Assembly: GCF_006345805.1 (NCBI RefSeq)
Contig: NC_043021.1
Coordinates: 15,500,001 to 15,564,000 of the forward strand
DNA length: 64,000 bases
Reading direction: 5' to 3'
Source of the DNA: Octopus sinensis
Lineage: Eukaryota
A program made the position numbers and the translations under genes. Each line of letters begins with the position of its first letter. Within the stretch, counting starts at the first letter, position 1. Below are positions 38,921-50,751 of this stretch, piece after piece. The notes beneath the pieces were generated by a model that ran no database searches, was not told the DNA's origin, and saw only the letters and a list, made by a program, of their open reading frames with translations.

Positions 38921-40069
38921 GTTCTATTTTTGTTTTGTAGAGAAGGATGGCTGACTAGGCATGAGGTGTGTGTGGGGGTTGATAGAGGTTAGTATATTGA
39001 ATGCGTTTGGTATGTTTTCTTTGATGCTAGTGCATTGTTCAGCAATGTGTGACTGAATGTATACATGTGGATCTACGTACACACAGTATTGTAGTGTTGT
39101 ACATGCATACATGTGTGTTTACATGCCTGCATACACGCACAAACACACGCATACATACAGAGAGAGAGAGAGGGATGTCCTTGTCTGACAAGTAATTTCA
39201 TCTGAGACCTTGATTTGGCCAGAGCACCAGGCAATGAGAGCCTGAAGAGCTGACCTATTAATTTCTTTTTTACTTATATACATATATATATACACACACA
39301 CATTTAAAACCTTGAAGCCTATATATGACCCTGTTGCAGTGGAACTGTGTCAATGACCCGGTCACAGTTGGTGCAACCAACATTTTGACTCCAAATCATA
39401 AATGTTTAAGTGTAGTTTTGAATGACTAAGACGTGCTATCCATACTGTAATTGTGTGTGTGTATATTTGTGTGCATACAAGTGTGTGTGCGTATGAATAC
39501 ATTAAATGATGCATAATATGAGATTCTAAAACAGTTTTGTCATTTTCCTATGTGAAGATTTACAGGTGTCTTCCTTAATGCTAATTAATTTGATTTAACG
39601 CAGGTGTCCCTCCTATCACTACTTAGTATACCAACTACACTATTGCCAGACAGAAGCGCTCCACAGTCCTCTTGGCTATGCCATCTCTTATAATTTCAGT
39701 TAATGCAAACATTATTACTATTAAAAGAAATTCTGCCAAGCTCGGCTTTGCCTCTCATCCTTTCAGTGTCAGTAAAATATGCACCAGTCAAGTCCTGGGT
39801 TTGATATAACCAGCCTCCCCATCTCATTGAAAGCTATGCACCCTGTGTCAAAATTTGAAACCAATATTTTTATTATGATAGGTGAAAATCTGCAAAGTAA
39901 AAACAGTACTGTACTGTATATTTTTCAATTATTTTTATAATTTGTATATGTTTATTTTATTTTATTATAAATGCAAAAACACCATGGAGCAATTGATGTA
40001 AGATTACATAATAAACTACGATAGGTGAACTGCATTATGGAGTGGGCTTACTGTGTGTGTGTGTGTATG

Positions 40070-40156
<87 letters not shown>

Positions 40157-40387
40157 TTAAGGGTAGAAATTGATATTTATCAATTAAAACCAGTGGTCTA
40201 GCATATTAAAAAAGAATCCGAAGATTAAAATATTTATATATACCAATTAAGGACTGAACACGAGAAGTGGACAGTCAACATGCTAGATATAGACGTCAAA
40301 TCGCCATTCTCCACAAAAGATTGTATATAAGAGTGTTTATAGTTATGAATAAATCACAATTATAATGGAGTGGGTTGCAAAAACCCT

Positions 40388-40437
<50 letters not shown>

Positions 40438-40630
40438 GGATGAATGAATTATCCTTTGTTTACCGTTAACTTGGAAAATTCAATAAACAGTTACCAGGGT
40501 AGCAAAATTCACGCTAGTAACACAGATGAAGCGACCTATTCAAAGGTAGAAACTCCGGGTTAATGTGCAGTAATTTGTGTGGTATAAGTAAATAAATGGA
40601 GTTGAACGAAGATGTTATTAAAACTCTTTT

Positions 40631-40715
40631 ACTTTCGACATATGTTTCGAAGACAACATTGGTTTTATTTCAAAGGAATAAACGGTGTAAAATGCAATCT
40701 TCTCATCAGATATAG
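40631..40715 (-). ncRNA. Hammerhead-like motif, family P3 (long stem II insert), within Penelope-type cassette about 40440-40735
   Basis: CTGATGA GAAGA...TCTTC GAAAC ATATGT C; palindromic stem III ACATATGT, GUC triplet; stem I decayed. Confidence 0.65.
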
Positions 40716-40796
40716 TTCAAATTTATAGAAAAACAAAGACAGCTGTAGGAACAACAAGCAAGTGTATTAGTTTGATGCTCAGGAAAAATGGAAAAG

Positions 40797-40834
40797 TTAC
40801 TTATATTACGAGCCTATGCTCTTCGACAGAAAGG
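40797..40834 (-). ncRNA. Decayed hammerhead, family P4
   Basis: CTTT CTGTCGA A GAGC ATAG GCTC GTAAT; homologous to 49129 and 52955. Confidence 0.5.
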
Positions 40835-41388
40835 AATAAGAGGATATAAATAGAGAGAAAATGAAAAAAACATGTTGAGTCCAGTGGTCTAACAATGGGC
40901 TTCTTTCAGTTTCTATCTACCAAATCCACTCACAAGGCTTTGGTCAATTCGAGGCTATGATAGAAGACTCTTGCTGAAGGTGCCATGCAGCAGGACAGAT
41001 TCCGGAACCATATAGTTGGGAAGCAAACTTCGTGCCACACACCTAGAATAACATTGTAGTGAAGGTGTGATAGTCTGGATCTTACCTGTATGAACATAAA
41101 TCAAGTAGAATATTTGAGACGGATATGGCCAGTTTTAATGCTAAAGGGTTAATGCAATGAAATAAGAAATTTTGGTTTATTAACATTATGGGAAAATCAA
41201 CCTTTGACCAATAACTCTGGTCAAGAAAGGCAAGGGGAGATAACTGTTTGATTTTAAATTAATTAAAACAAACAAAAAAAAACAGAATGGCAAGGGAGAA
41301 TTACCTGTGTGCAGAACAGAGACAATTGAGGTCATGTTCAGGTCTTATCAAACCTCCTCAGCGAACTGTAGTCTAACTTTTACTGCAG

Positions 41389-41407
41389 ATCTCCAATGAT
41401 TGGAAAG
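41389..41407 (+). other. Candidate 19-nt microexon
   Basis: CTAACTTTTACTGCAG|ATCTCCAATGATTGGAAAG|GTATGT. Confidence 0.3.
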
Positions 41408-41995
41408 GTATGTAGGTTTTTTGCTGAATTACTAGATGTATGAGAGGAATTCTGAACTCACCCTATTCAACACTGAATTATTTATGGCTACAAAAAAATG
41501 TTTTATTAATGTTTTGCTAAAAGCATGCTTGTATCAATGCGAAAGTAAACCATTGAGCTGCATTGTTTTATTGTGTTCCAATCTGCTTTTGATAATAGCA
41601 TCTGTGGGCAATATTTAACTTGTGTTTGATATTATATTGCATTTTAATATTGTAGATTGTAGCCGAGACAAAGAATATATATGCACATGAGTGAATGCGT
41701 ATGTATGTATGCATGTGTATACATACACGACACTATGTATGTGTGTATGTATGCATATAAAGATGTGTGTGTGGGGTGGGGGTGATTGTGCACAAGCATA
41801 TTCACAAACTAAATAAAAAGCTGAGCTTCAGGTCGTGTGAGTGTATATATGCATGCATGAATACATACATTATTATGCACATACAAACACGCATATATGA
41901 ATACATATATGCATAAACATATAAGCAAATGTATGTGTGTCTGTGTGTACCTATGCATACACTCACATGCAATGATACATATTTGTGTGTGTGTG

Positions 41996-42028
<33 letters not shown>

Positions 42029-42170
42029 CACCTTATAATTTTGCTTCAATCATGTTTGATTTCTTCAAAGCTAATGAGAAAAAAAAAAGAAAGAAAAGTG
42101 CTAGTACTTTTTTTTTTCTCATTAGCAGTGCAGATATCAAAAATGATTGAAATAAATTTGTAACCTAATT

Positions 42171-42208
<38 letters not shown>

Positions 42209-42804
42209 ACACACACACACACACACACATTTAATGCATCTGTTTTCATGGGTTAGACAGAATTTGTTGTGACAGACTTTCTATCTACAGCCAGGTGCTC
42301 TTCCAGTTGCCAACCCTCACCTGTTTCAAAGAAAGGTAATATTTCCCCGATTGCCAGACATGTGGTTAAAAAGCTTGCTTTCCCACCACATGGTTTCAGG
42401 TTCAGTCCTACTCTGCATCACCTCAGGCAAGTGTCTTCTACTATAGCGCTTCACCATCTAATGCTTTCTGAGTGAATTTAGGTCAACAGAAGCTGTGTGG
42501 AAGCCCATTGCGTGCATGTGTGCGTGTGTGTGTGTGTTTTGCTCACCACTGCTTGAGAACCAGTGTTGGTTTGTTTACATCTCTCTACCTTAGAGATTCT
42601 GCAAAAGAAGCCAAGACAATAAGTATTAGATTTATTAAATGGAATTGTTTCATTTGATCAAACCTTTCAAGGTGGTGCCCCAGCATAGCTGCAGTCCAGT
42701 GACTGAAACAAATAATATATATATAGTAATTTACTAAAGCTGAACAGTCTTCACATACTGTTCCTCTGTTTCAGGTACCTGCTCATTAGACAGTATACTC
42801 ATAT

Positions 42805-42842
42805 CTCTCTGATGATTGGTTACATGAAACTCTGAGTAACAA
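42805..42842 (+). ncRNA. Decayed hammerhead, family P5
   Basis: CTGATGA TTGGTTACAT GAAAC TCTGAGT A; related to 48990-49025. Confidence 0.45.
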
Positions 42843-42911
42843 CGTAACAATTTCTATCTGGAGGTACCACAGCTAGGTACATTACACAAGGTCTTGTTTC
42901 ATATGTATATA

Positions 42912-43241
42912 TAGGTGCAGGAGTGGCTGTGTAGTAAGTAGCTTGTTTACCAACCACATGGTTCCATGTTCAGCCTTGTGAGTGGATTTGGTAGACGGAA
43001 ACTGAAAGAAGCCTGTTTTATATATGTATGTGTGTGTGTTTGTGTGTCTGTGTTTGTCCCCCTAGCATTGCTTGACAACCGATGCTGGTGTGTTTACGTC
43101 CCGTCACTTAGCGGTTCGGCAAAAGAGACCGATAGAATAAGTACTGGGCTTACAAAGAATAAGTCCCGGGGTCGATTTGCTCAACTAAAGTCGGTGCTCC
43201 AGCATGGCCGCAGTCAAATGACTGAAACAAGTAAAAGAGAG
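42912..43241 (+). mobile_element. SINE family A with deleted head segment
   Basis: Similarity to other copies. Confidence 0.88.
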
Positions 43242-43489
43242 AGTTAAGAGTATATGTATTTCTATGTATGTGTGTTTGACCCCCCATATCTGCTTGGCAA
43301 CTGGTGTTGGTGTGTTTACATCCCCGAGAGACCGATATAATAAGTATCAAGGTTTTTTTTATATATATAAGTACTGGGGTCAACTCACTCAATTAAAATT
43401 TTTCAAGGCAGTGTCACAGCATGGCCACAGTCTAATGATTGAAACAAGTAATGGATGTGTGTGTGTGTGTGGTGTGTGTGTGTGTGTGT

Positions 43490-43833
43490 AGGTGCATGGC
43501 TCAGTTGTTAGAATGTCAGGCTCTCAATCATGAGGTAGTGAGTTCAATTCTCGTACCAGGCTGTGTGCTGTGTTCTTGAGCAAGACACTTTATTTCTCAC
43601 TTTGCTCCAGTTCACTCAGCTGTAGAAATGAATTGCAACATCACCGGTGCCAAGCTGTATCGGCCCCTTTGCCTTTCCCTTGGATAACACTGGTGGCGTG
43701 AAGAGGGGAGGCTGGGATGCATGGGCGACTGCTGGTCTTCCATAGACAACCTTGTCTGGATTTGTGCCTTGGAGGGGAACTTTCTTGGAGAAATCCAATG
43801 GTCAATCATGATTAAGGAAAGTCTTTACCCTTA
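43490..43833 (+). mobile_element. SINE family F (tRNA head + GTGTTCTTGAGCAAGACACTTTA core); second copy at 54505-54838
   Basis: TGGCTCAGTTGTTAG A box, GAGTTCAATTC B box; the two copies align over their length. Confidence 0.8.
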
Positions 43834-44806
43834 ATATATGTGTAGATAGATAGATAGACAGACAGATATTGTATTGGGGGTTTCTATTCAAGAGCTGGGG
43901 AGAACATCTGTTTAGTTGGTTTTTCTCAGTTTCAACTACAAATTCACTTCACTTGCTATCATCACTAATATTTATAAGAACTGGGTGAGCATTACGCTCA
44001 CTCGTGTTCACAGATCAGAGACTCATTAGTGCATCAAACAAAAATTCCTTGCCATAATAAAGTTGTTCTTAACAGCTTTTACTTTCATTTATATCGATTC
44101 TGGAATTCAAATCTCGTCGGATTCGATTTTGACTGACATTGTTTCATGAATCAATAAACTATGAAACCTAACTAACACATATAGGGGGTTGACTTAGGGA
44201 CCAAGAACACCAAGATGACCCCCCACCACCACAACCACCACCATCCACTTCTCCCACCCCACCGCCGCCATATTTACAAATGAATGTTGCATAACATCAC
44301 CGCTGGGTCCGCACGCTTTGATGTTTCAGCTATTGCTTAACAAACTATAATTCCTTCGTCTTATTTGGTTAGGTAAGACGTTGAGTGTACATCCTCTACA
44401 GCAGGAAAAACAGAAAAGGAAGCAGCCCCTCCCTCATCCCTCTAAAAATTAGCAGAATATGATTTGGGTTAGCATCTTACAGCTGTTCGTAGGGCTACAT
44501 ATATGCATTGCATATCACTGCTTCATTGTGCCTTGTTCCTCTCTCTCTCTCTCTCTCTCTCCTCTCTCTTGTTTATATGTTTATATATATATATATATAT
44601 ATAATATATATAAAAAATAGATGAGTGTATTTTACCTGTTTAATATTAACCGGATAATAAATAAATAATTACCAGGGCAGCAAAATCTCACAAGTAAAGA
44701 TGTTGTAACTCCTTGTTTATAAAGGTTGAAACTTCGTGTTTACGTTGAATATTTTGAATAATATGAATAAAAAATGGAGTTAACGCAGGTTTAAACAAGT
44801 ATTTTT

Positions 44807-44887
44807 ACTTTCTACATATGTTTCGAAAATTCCACTGATACTATTCAAAATAAAGGTATAAACAATGCAATCTTCTCTTCGGGAAGT
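44807..44887 (-). ncRNA. Hammerhead-like motif, family P3-related, within cassette about 44620-44890
   Basis: ACTTC CCGAAGA GAAGA...TTTTC GAAAC ATATGT A GAAAGT. Confidence 0.6.
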
Positions 44888-45202
44888 GAAAAAACGAAAC
44901 TCCTCAATACGACATTTTAGCAAAAAATGATGGATTCGTATAGCGATAGACAGAACGCTATTAATATTGTTTAAAAAAACGTTATATGATATAACATCAT
45001 ATTTATATATGTCTGTATGTTTGTAGTAGATTTAGAAATAGAAAGCCCTTGGTACAGTAATGTATATTTGAAAAAAATGAATATATACGGCTTCTCTGTT
45101 CATTTTTCCACACCTAATAATTCATAAACATCTAATTATTAAAGAGGAAAAATTAAGAGAAAAGCCATTACTATTCATTTTTTTTTTTTTTTTCCAAATA
45201 TA

Positions 45203-45920
45203 TAGGCGCAAGAGTGGTAAGAAGCTTGCTTCCCAACCACCAGATTCCGAGTTCAGTCCCACTGCATGGCACCTTGGGCAAGTGTCTTCTACAATAGCTT
45301 CGGGCTGACCAAAGCCTCACGAGTGGCTGTGTGGTAAGTAGCTTGTCTACCAACTACATGGTTCCGGGTTCAGTCCCACTGTGTGGCACCTTGGGCAAGT
45401 GTCTACTACTATAGCCTCGGGCTGACCAAAGCCTTGTGAGTGGATTTGGTAGACGGAAACTGAAAGAAGCCCATCATATATATATATATATTATATATAT
45501 ATGCGTGTTTGTGTGTCTGTGTTTTGTCCCCTAGTATTGCTTGACAACCGATGCTGGTGTGTTTATGTCCCCGTTACTTAGCGGTTTGGCAAAAGAAACC
45601 GATAGAATAAGTACTGGGCTTACAAAATAATAAGTCCCGGGGTCGAGTTGCTCGATTAAAGGCGGTGCTCCAGTATGGCCGCAGTCAAATGACTGAAACA
45701 AGTAAAAGATATATATATATATATATATTGTGTATCTGTCTGTGTTTGTCCCCCCACCATCGCTTGACAACTGATGTTAGTATTTTACGTCCCTTTAACA
45801 TAGCAAAAGAGATCGATAGAATAAGTACTGGGCTTACAAAGAATAAGTCCTGGGGTTTATTTGTTCGACTAAAGGTGGTGTTCCAGCATGGCCACATTCA
45901 AATGACTGAAACAAGTAAAA
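45203..45920 (+). mobile_element. Family A with duplicated head (45203, ~45319) followed by an extra tail module (45730-45920)
   Basis: Two consecutive head segments and two tail segments. Confidence 0.85.
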
Positions 45921-46163
45921 TAATGTGTGTGTGTGTTTGTCTGTGTATTGTTGATATCATAAGAAGTTATTGTTTTGCGATTGCTTCTTGAAGCACCGAC
46001 ATCATATAGTTATAAATAACATTATATAAATACTGGGTCGAGAAACCCTTTTAAAATCGAAAAACTCAACGGCAACATTTGGCTTTCTCTATCCAAAGGG
46101 TTTTTCAACCTGTGCTCCAGGAACCAATTCCAAAACAGAATTTCATACATACATGCATATATA

Positions 46164-46579
46164 TAGGCGCAGGAGTGGCTGTGTGGTAAGTAGCTTGCTT
46201 ACCAACCACATGGTTCCGGGTTCAGTTCCACTGCGTGGCACCTTGGGCAAGTGTTTTCTACTATAGCCTCAGGCCAACCAAAGCCTTGTGAGTGGATTTG
46301 GTAGACGGAAACTGAAAGAAGCCCGTCATATATATGTGTATATATATGTATGTGTATGTGTATATGTTTGTGTGTCTGTGTTTGTCCCCACCAACATCGC
46401 TTGACAACCGATGCTGGTGTGTTTGCGTCCCCGTAACTTAGCGGTTCGGCAAAAGACAGCAATAGAATAAGTACTGGGATTACATAAGAATAAGTCCTGG
46501 GTTCGATTTGCTCGACTAAAAGGTGGTGCTCCAGCATGGCCACAGTCAAATGACTGAAACAAGTAAAAGAGTAAAAAAG
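46164..46579 (+). mobile_element. SINE family A
   Basis: Full-length copy. Confidence 0.92.
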
Positions 46580-47199
46580 TATATAGATATGTTTGTGTAT
46601 GTATGTATGTATGTATGTATGTATATGTTTAATATATTACATGTATATTTATGTTCATGCTCACACACATGCCGAGTGTTCCCTGCTCATAAAATAACCC
46701 TAGATATTCTCAAAATAACCTCAGATATTCTTTTTCAATAATAAACATCTGTTTGAAATAACTTGCCAATTACTGACACCTCAACCCACGCCATACCCAC
46801 CAACCTTACATACAAACTCTCATACACACACACAACCACACACACATGCAGATTATTCAATAGAGAATGGAAAATGGTTTCCAATTTAATTTTCAAGCTT
46901 TTTTCAAGATTTTTTTTTTCCTTTTCTGTTCTTTTTTTTTTTTTTAAATATTTTCAATGGAAAATAAAAAAAAGATTTTTTGAATTTTTGAAACCGACTA
47001 AATCACTCAAACAAATTGTAAATTTGACTTCATTTCCAACCCCTTTCCTGCTTCACTGGGGCTATAGTTATTGTTATTGTTTTCACCTGTTTGTTTTCCT
47101 TAAATCAACAAACTCTATACTTGTATTCACCAAGGTTTAATTAGAAAACGGCTGTTTTTTTCACTGACTTTTTTTTTAATAAATTTTATTACCTTTAAT

Positions 47200-47366
47200 T
47201 TTTTTGTTTATTTATAGTCTTTACTCACTCTCCTTTCTTTCTCTTCCTCTCTCTTTTCTCTCCATCTCTTTCTCTCCCATTTTCTCTTTGTCACTTGATT
47301 TTTATCCCTTTCTCTCTTTTTTTCATTCTCTATATGCTTCTAACCACATCACCCTTCTTTCTTTCT

Positions 47367-47399
<33 letters not shown>

Positions 47400-47682
47400 T
47401 TCTCTCCCCCTCTCTAATCTTCTTACACTTGACCTCCCTTTTTCTCTTTCATCATCTCTGTCTTTCTCTCTCTCTCTCCCCTCCTCTCACATGACCTTTC
47501 TTTCTCTCTCTCACTGTATTCTTGCTTTCATTTTCTCTCTCTCTCTCTCTCACACACATACATGTACACAATCCTCCTATTTCTGTCTCTTTTCTTTATC
47601 TCTCTCTTTTTCTCTTTCTTACTCTAACTCCCTTTCACACCATCTCTCTTTTTCTCTTGTACCATCACCACCCTCTCTCACG

Positions 47683-47713
<31 letters not shown>

Positions 47714-47930
47714 TCTACATCCTTCTCTGTCTTTCTCACATACCACCCCTCACTTTCTCTTACCATCCTTCTTTCTTTCTGTCCTTCTCTCACACACATC
47801 GTCACCCTCTTTCTCCCACACATCCTCTTCCTCTTCCTCCTCATATATCTTCACCCCTCCCCCCTCCTCTCTCTACATCCCACATCACACATCACTGTCT
47901 CGCTACTTACTATATCCACTTTTCTATTTT
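47200..47930. repeat. Degenerate (CT)n/(CA)n low-complexity polypyrimidine block
   Basis: Direct reading. Confidence 0.85.
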
Positions 47931-48099
47931 ATCAATCATTTTCTCAATATAAAACAAAATGAAGTGGGGGGGGGGGGCGACTGAGATTAAGTAACACAAA
48001 CAAACAAAAAGGCCACTCACAGGTATTTAAATATTTTCTCATTTTTCCCACTTTGCCACCATCCTCATTCACCATCACCACCACCACCACCACTATCCA

Positions 48100-48265
48100 C
48101 CTTACCTTTCTCTATTCCTTAACATTCACCACCACTACCACAACCATCACCAGCTCCACCACCATCACCCTTACCTTTCTCTATTCACTAACATCCACCA
48201 CCACCAACATCATCACTCACCACCATCACCATCAACCTTACCTTTCTCTATTCACTAGCATCTAT
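48100..48265. repeat. Compound minisatellite: CCTTACCTTTCTCTATTC core x3 with (CAC)n-derived spacers
   Basis: Cores at about 48100, 48169 and 48236. Confidence 0.8.
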
Positions 48266-48989
48266 CACCATCAAACCATCATTAAATCTGTCAAGTATTT
48301 GGTGTTTTGTAAAAATCTTTCTTAAAAGCTTGTGATTCCATCAAGTACGTGACAAGTACAGCAATGTACAGTAGAGTACAGTGTTATTTAGCTGTTACAA
48401 CAATAGGGTGAACAGTAGGGGAACCCAGCCATTGGGCTGTGGGCCAGCACCAGGCTGTAGATCATTTGATACTGGGCTGTGCAGAAACAAATTTTAAAAT
48501 TTTACCATACATATGGTCTTTACTTGCTTTGCTCATTAAACTGAGGCCAGGCTGGGGCAGTGCCTTGGAGAATTTTTAGTTGAATGAATTGACACCAATA
48601 CCTTCTTTTTTTTTTTAAACCTAGTACTTCTTCTATGAGTCTCTTTTGCCAAGATGCTAAGATATGGGCATGTAAACACACCAATGCCAGTTGTCAAGCA
48701 GTGGTGGGGGGACAAACACATACACAAACACCTTGTGATCTTGAAGGGTTTGGTTAAACAAATGAAAGCGCTAATTAAGAATTATCTAAAATTCTGACTG
48801 CCTCCTTCTTCTTAATATACAATATCTGTACTCCCCCCCTCTCTCTCTCTCTCTCTATAATATATATATATACATACATACACCAGAGTAAGCACATAAA
48901 TGTGAAACAAGGTGGATAAAAAGAGTACTCAAATACTGGAGGCAGAGTAATATGCTTTGTTAATAAAGCTGCAAAGACATCGCAAAACC

Positions 48990-49025
48990 TGTTACTCAGA
49001 ATTTCATGTTCCTGTTCGTCAGACA
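48990..49025 (-). ncRNA. Decayed hammerhead, family P5, within cassette about 48870-49025
   Basis: TGT CTGACGA ACA GGAA CAT GAAAT TCTGAGT A ACA. Confidence 0.55.
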
Positions 49026-49128
49026 CACATATATATAAAGGGAAAGTTTACGAAAATAAACAAAAGACGAAGGCAGGTGGTGTACAAACAAACAGATGTA
49101 TTAGTATAGCGCTCAGGAATAGAAAAAG

Positions 49129-49166
49129 TCTTTTACATTTCGAGCCTACGCTCTTCTACAGAAAGA
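49129..49166 (-). ncRNA. Hammerhead, family P4, within cassette about 49035-49215
   Basis: TCTTT CTGTAGA A GAGC GTAG GCTC GAAAT GT A AAAGA. Confidence 0.65.
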
Positions 49167-49683
49167 TACACAGAAAAAAACAAGGAGAGAAAAAAATGTG
49201 TCGTAGCTAACGATATATATATGTATGTGTGTGTATGTGTATGTATGTATATATATACACACACACACAGCTACTTTTTCAGTTTCCATGTACCAAATCC
49301 ACTCTCAAGGCTTTGGTTGCCTAAGGCTATAGTAGAAGACACTTGCCCAAGGTGCCATGCATGTCTAATAATCAAATTATACATTATGCACTTTGTGTTT
49401 TGTGAAGCACATGATTTCTCCAGTTCTTGGGAAAACTGTCTTGCATGAAACCTGCCCTTGGTGCAACGAACTTTGCAGTTCACTTCAGTACAGTGTTGTT
49501 TAGCTACTATGTCCGCCTATAAACCACAAATTCTCCTCACCAATTCCACCGGCACCACCACCACCACCGCCACCACAAACAGCTGTCTTATCTCTGGCTC
49601 TATAATTCTCAGTGTTTTACCAAAACATTACAAGGTTTCTACCATGTCAGTTAGTCACACTCTGTCAAACTTTACACTTGTAA

Positions 49684-49721
<38 letters not shown>

Positions 49722-50751
49722 CAAACACACAGCAAACAGACACACAGACAGACAATCTTTCTCTGTCTTAATTGCATTCATTGCTAGTTACATTTGTTTG
49801 TTGAATTTTTTTGTTTGCATTGTTGTTTTTACAAGTACTTTTTTTGAAGGAAGGCAATAAGGCTCTTTCCTTTCTCCTCAACTTTCTTTTCTCCTTTTCT
49901 TTTCTTATTATTTTCTTTGTTTCTTTGGCCTTTTAACATTTTTTTTTCTTCTTTTGTCTCATTTTCCTCTCTTCTTTGTTTCTTTACAACTTTTTTGTTT
50001 TTTTCTCTTTTACTTCTCTTTCTTTCTTTCCTTCTCTCTCATTTCCTTTATTTTGTTTCATTGTCCCCTCTCTCTCTCTCTCTCTCTCTCTCGTTTTTTT
50101 TCCATTTCTTTTGCTTCCTCTCTATTTTCTTTCTTTTACCATTTCCTTTGCACCCCCTCTACATTCCCCATATACTTGTCATCATTACATTTGTACCTCT
50201 TACTTTAACTCCCTATCTCTTTTACTCTCTCTCTCTCCCTCTCTCTCTCTCACCCTCTCTATATACTGTACAGTGTGACTGGAGAAACCAACCAACCAAC
50301 CAACAGCATGTCAGCTATTATTATTATCTAAAGCATGTCGGTGTTGCTAATAAGTTAACTCTGAAACCACATAGTTTCAGGTGCAGTTCCATGCCCTGGT
50401 GCCATGAGTAAGTACCTTTTACTACAGGCTGCCCAAAGCCTTGTGAATGGATCTGGCCAGTGGAGACTGAAATGGAAGTCAGTCATATATTTTTGTTTGT
50501 GGGAACATGTCTGGACTAGCAGGAAATGTTAACTTGCTTGGGAACAGGGGACAGGGTTGGTGACGGGAAGAGAATTTGGACCTGGGGCTTCTGTTTCAAG
50601 AAATCTCACCTGACCCATACAAGCACAGAAAAAGTGACACTAAAATAATGACAGCTACAGTCAAATGACTGAAACATATAAAGACTAAAGAAATATATAT
50701 ATATATTATTTTTTTGTTGATCTTTCTATCATGGAATAGGACATTTTATAT

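Noticed and set aside
41070-41100. Minus-strand CAG|GTAAGA recursive-like junction (also CAG|GTGAGT at 1827)
   Set aside because: Both lie in or at the edge of repeat-derived sequence; they show that such junctions can arise by chance
48100-48265. CRISPR-like repeat-spacer look (also 28094-28274 and the family D modules)
   Set aside because: Eukaryotic context, only about 3 units, spacers are low-complexity or mutually homologous, no cas genes
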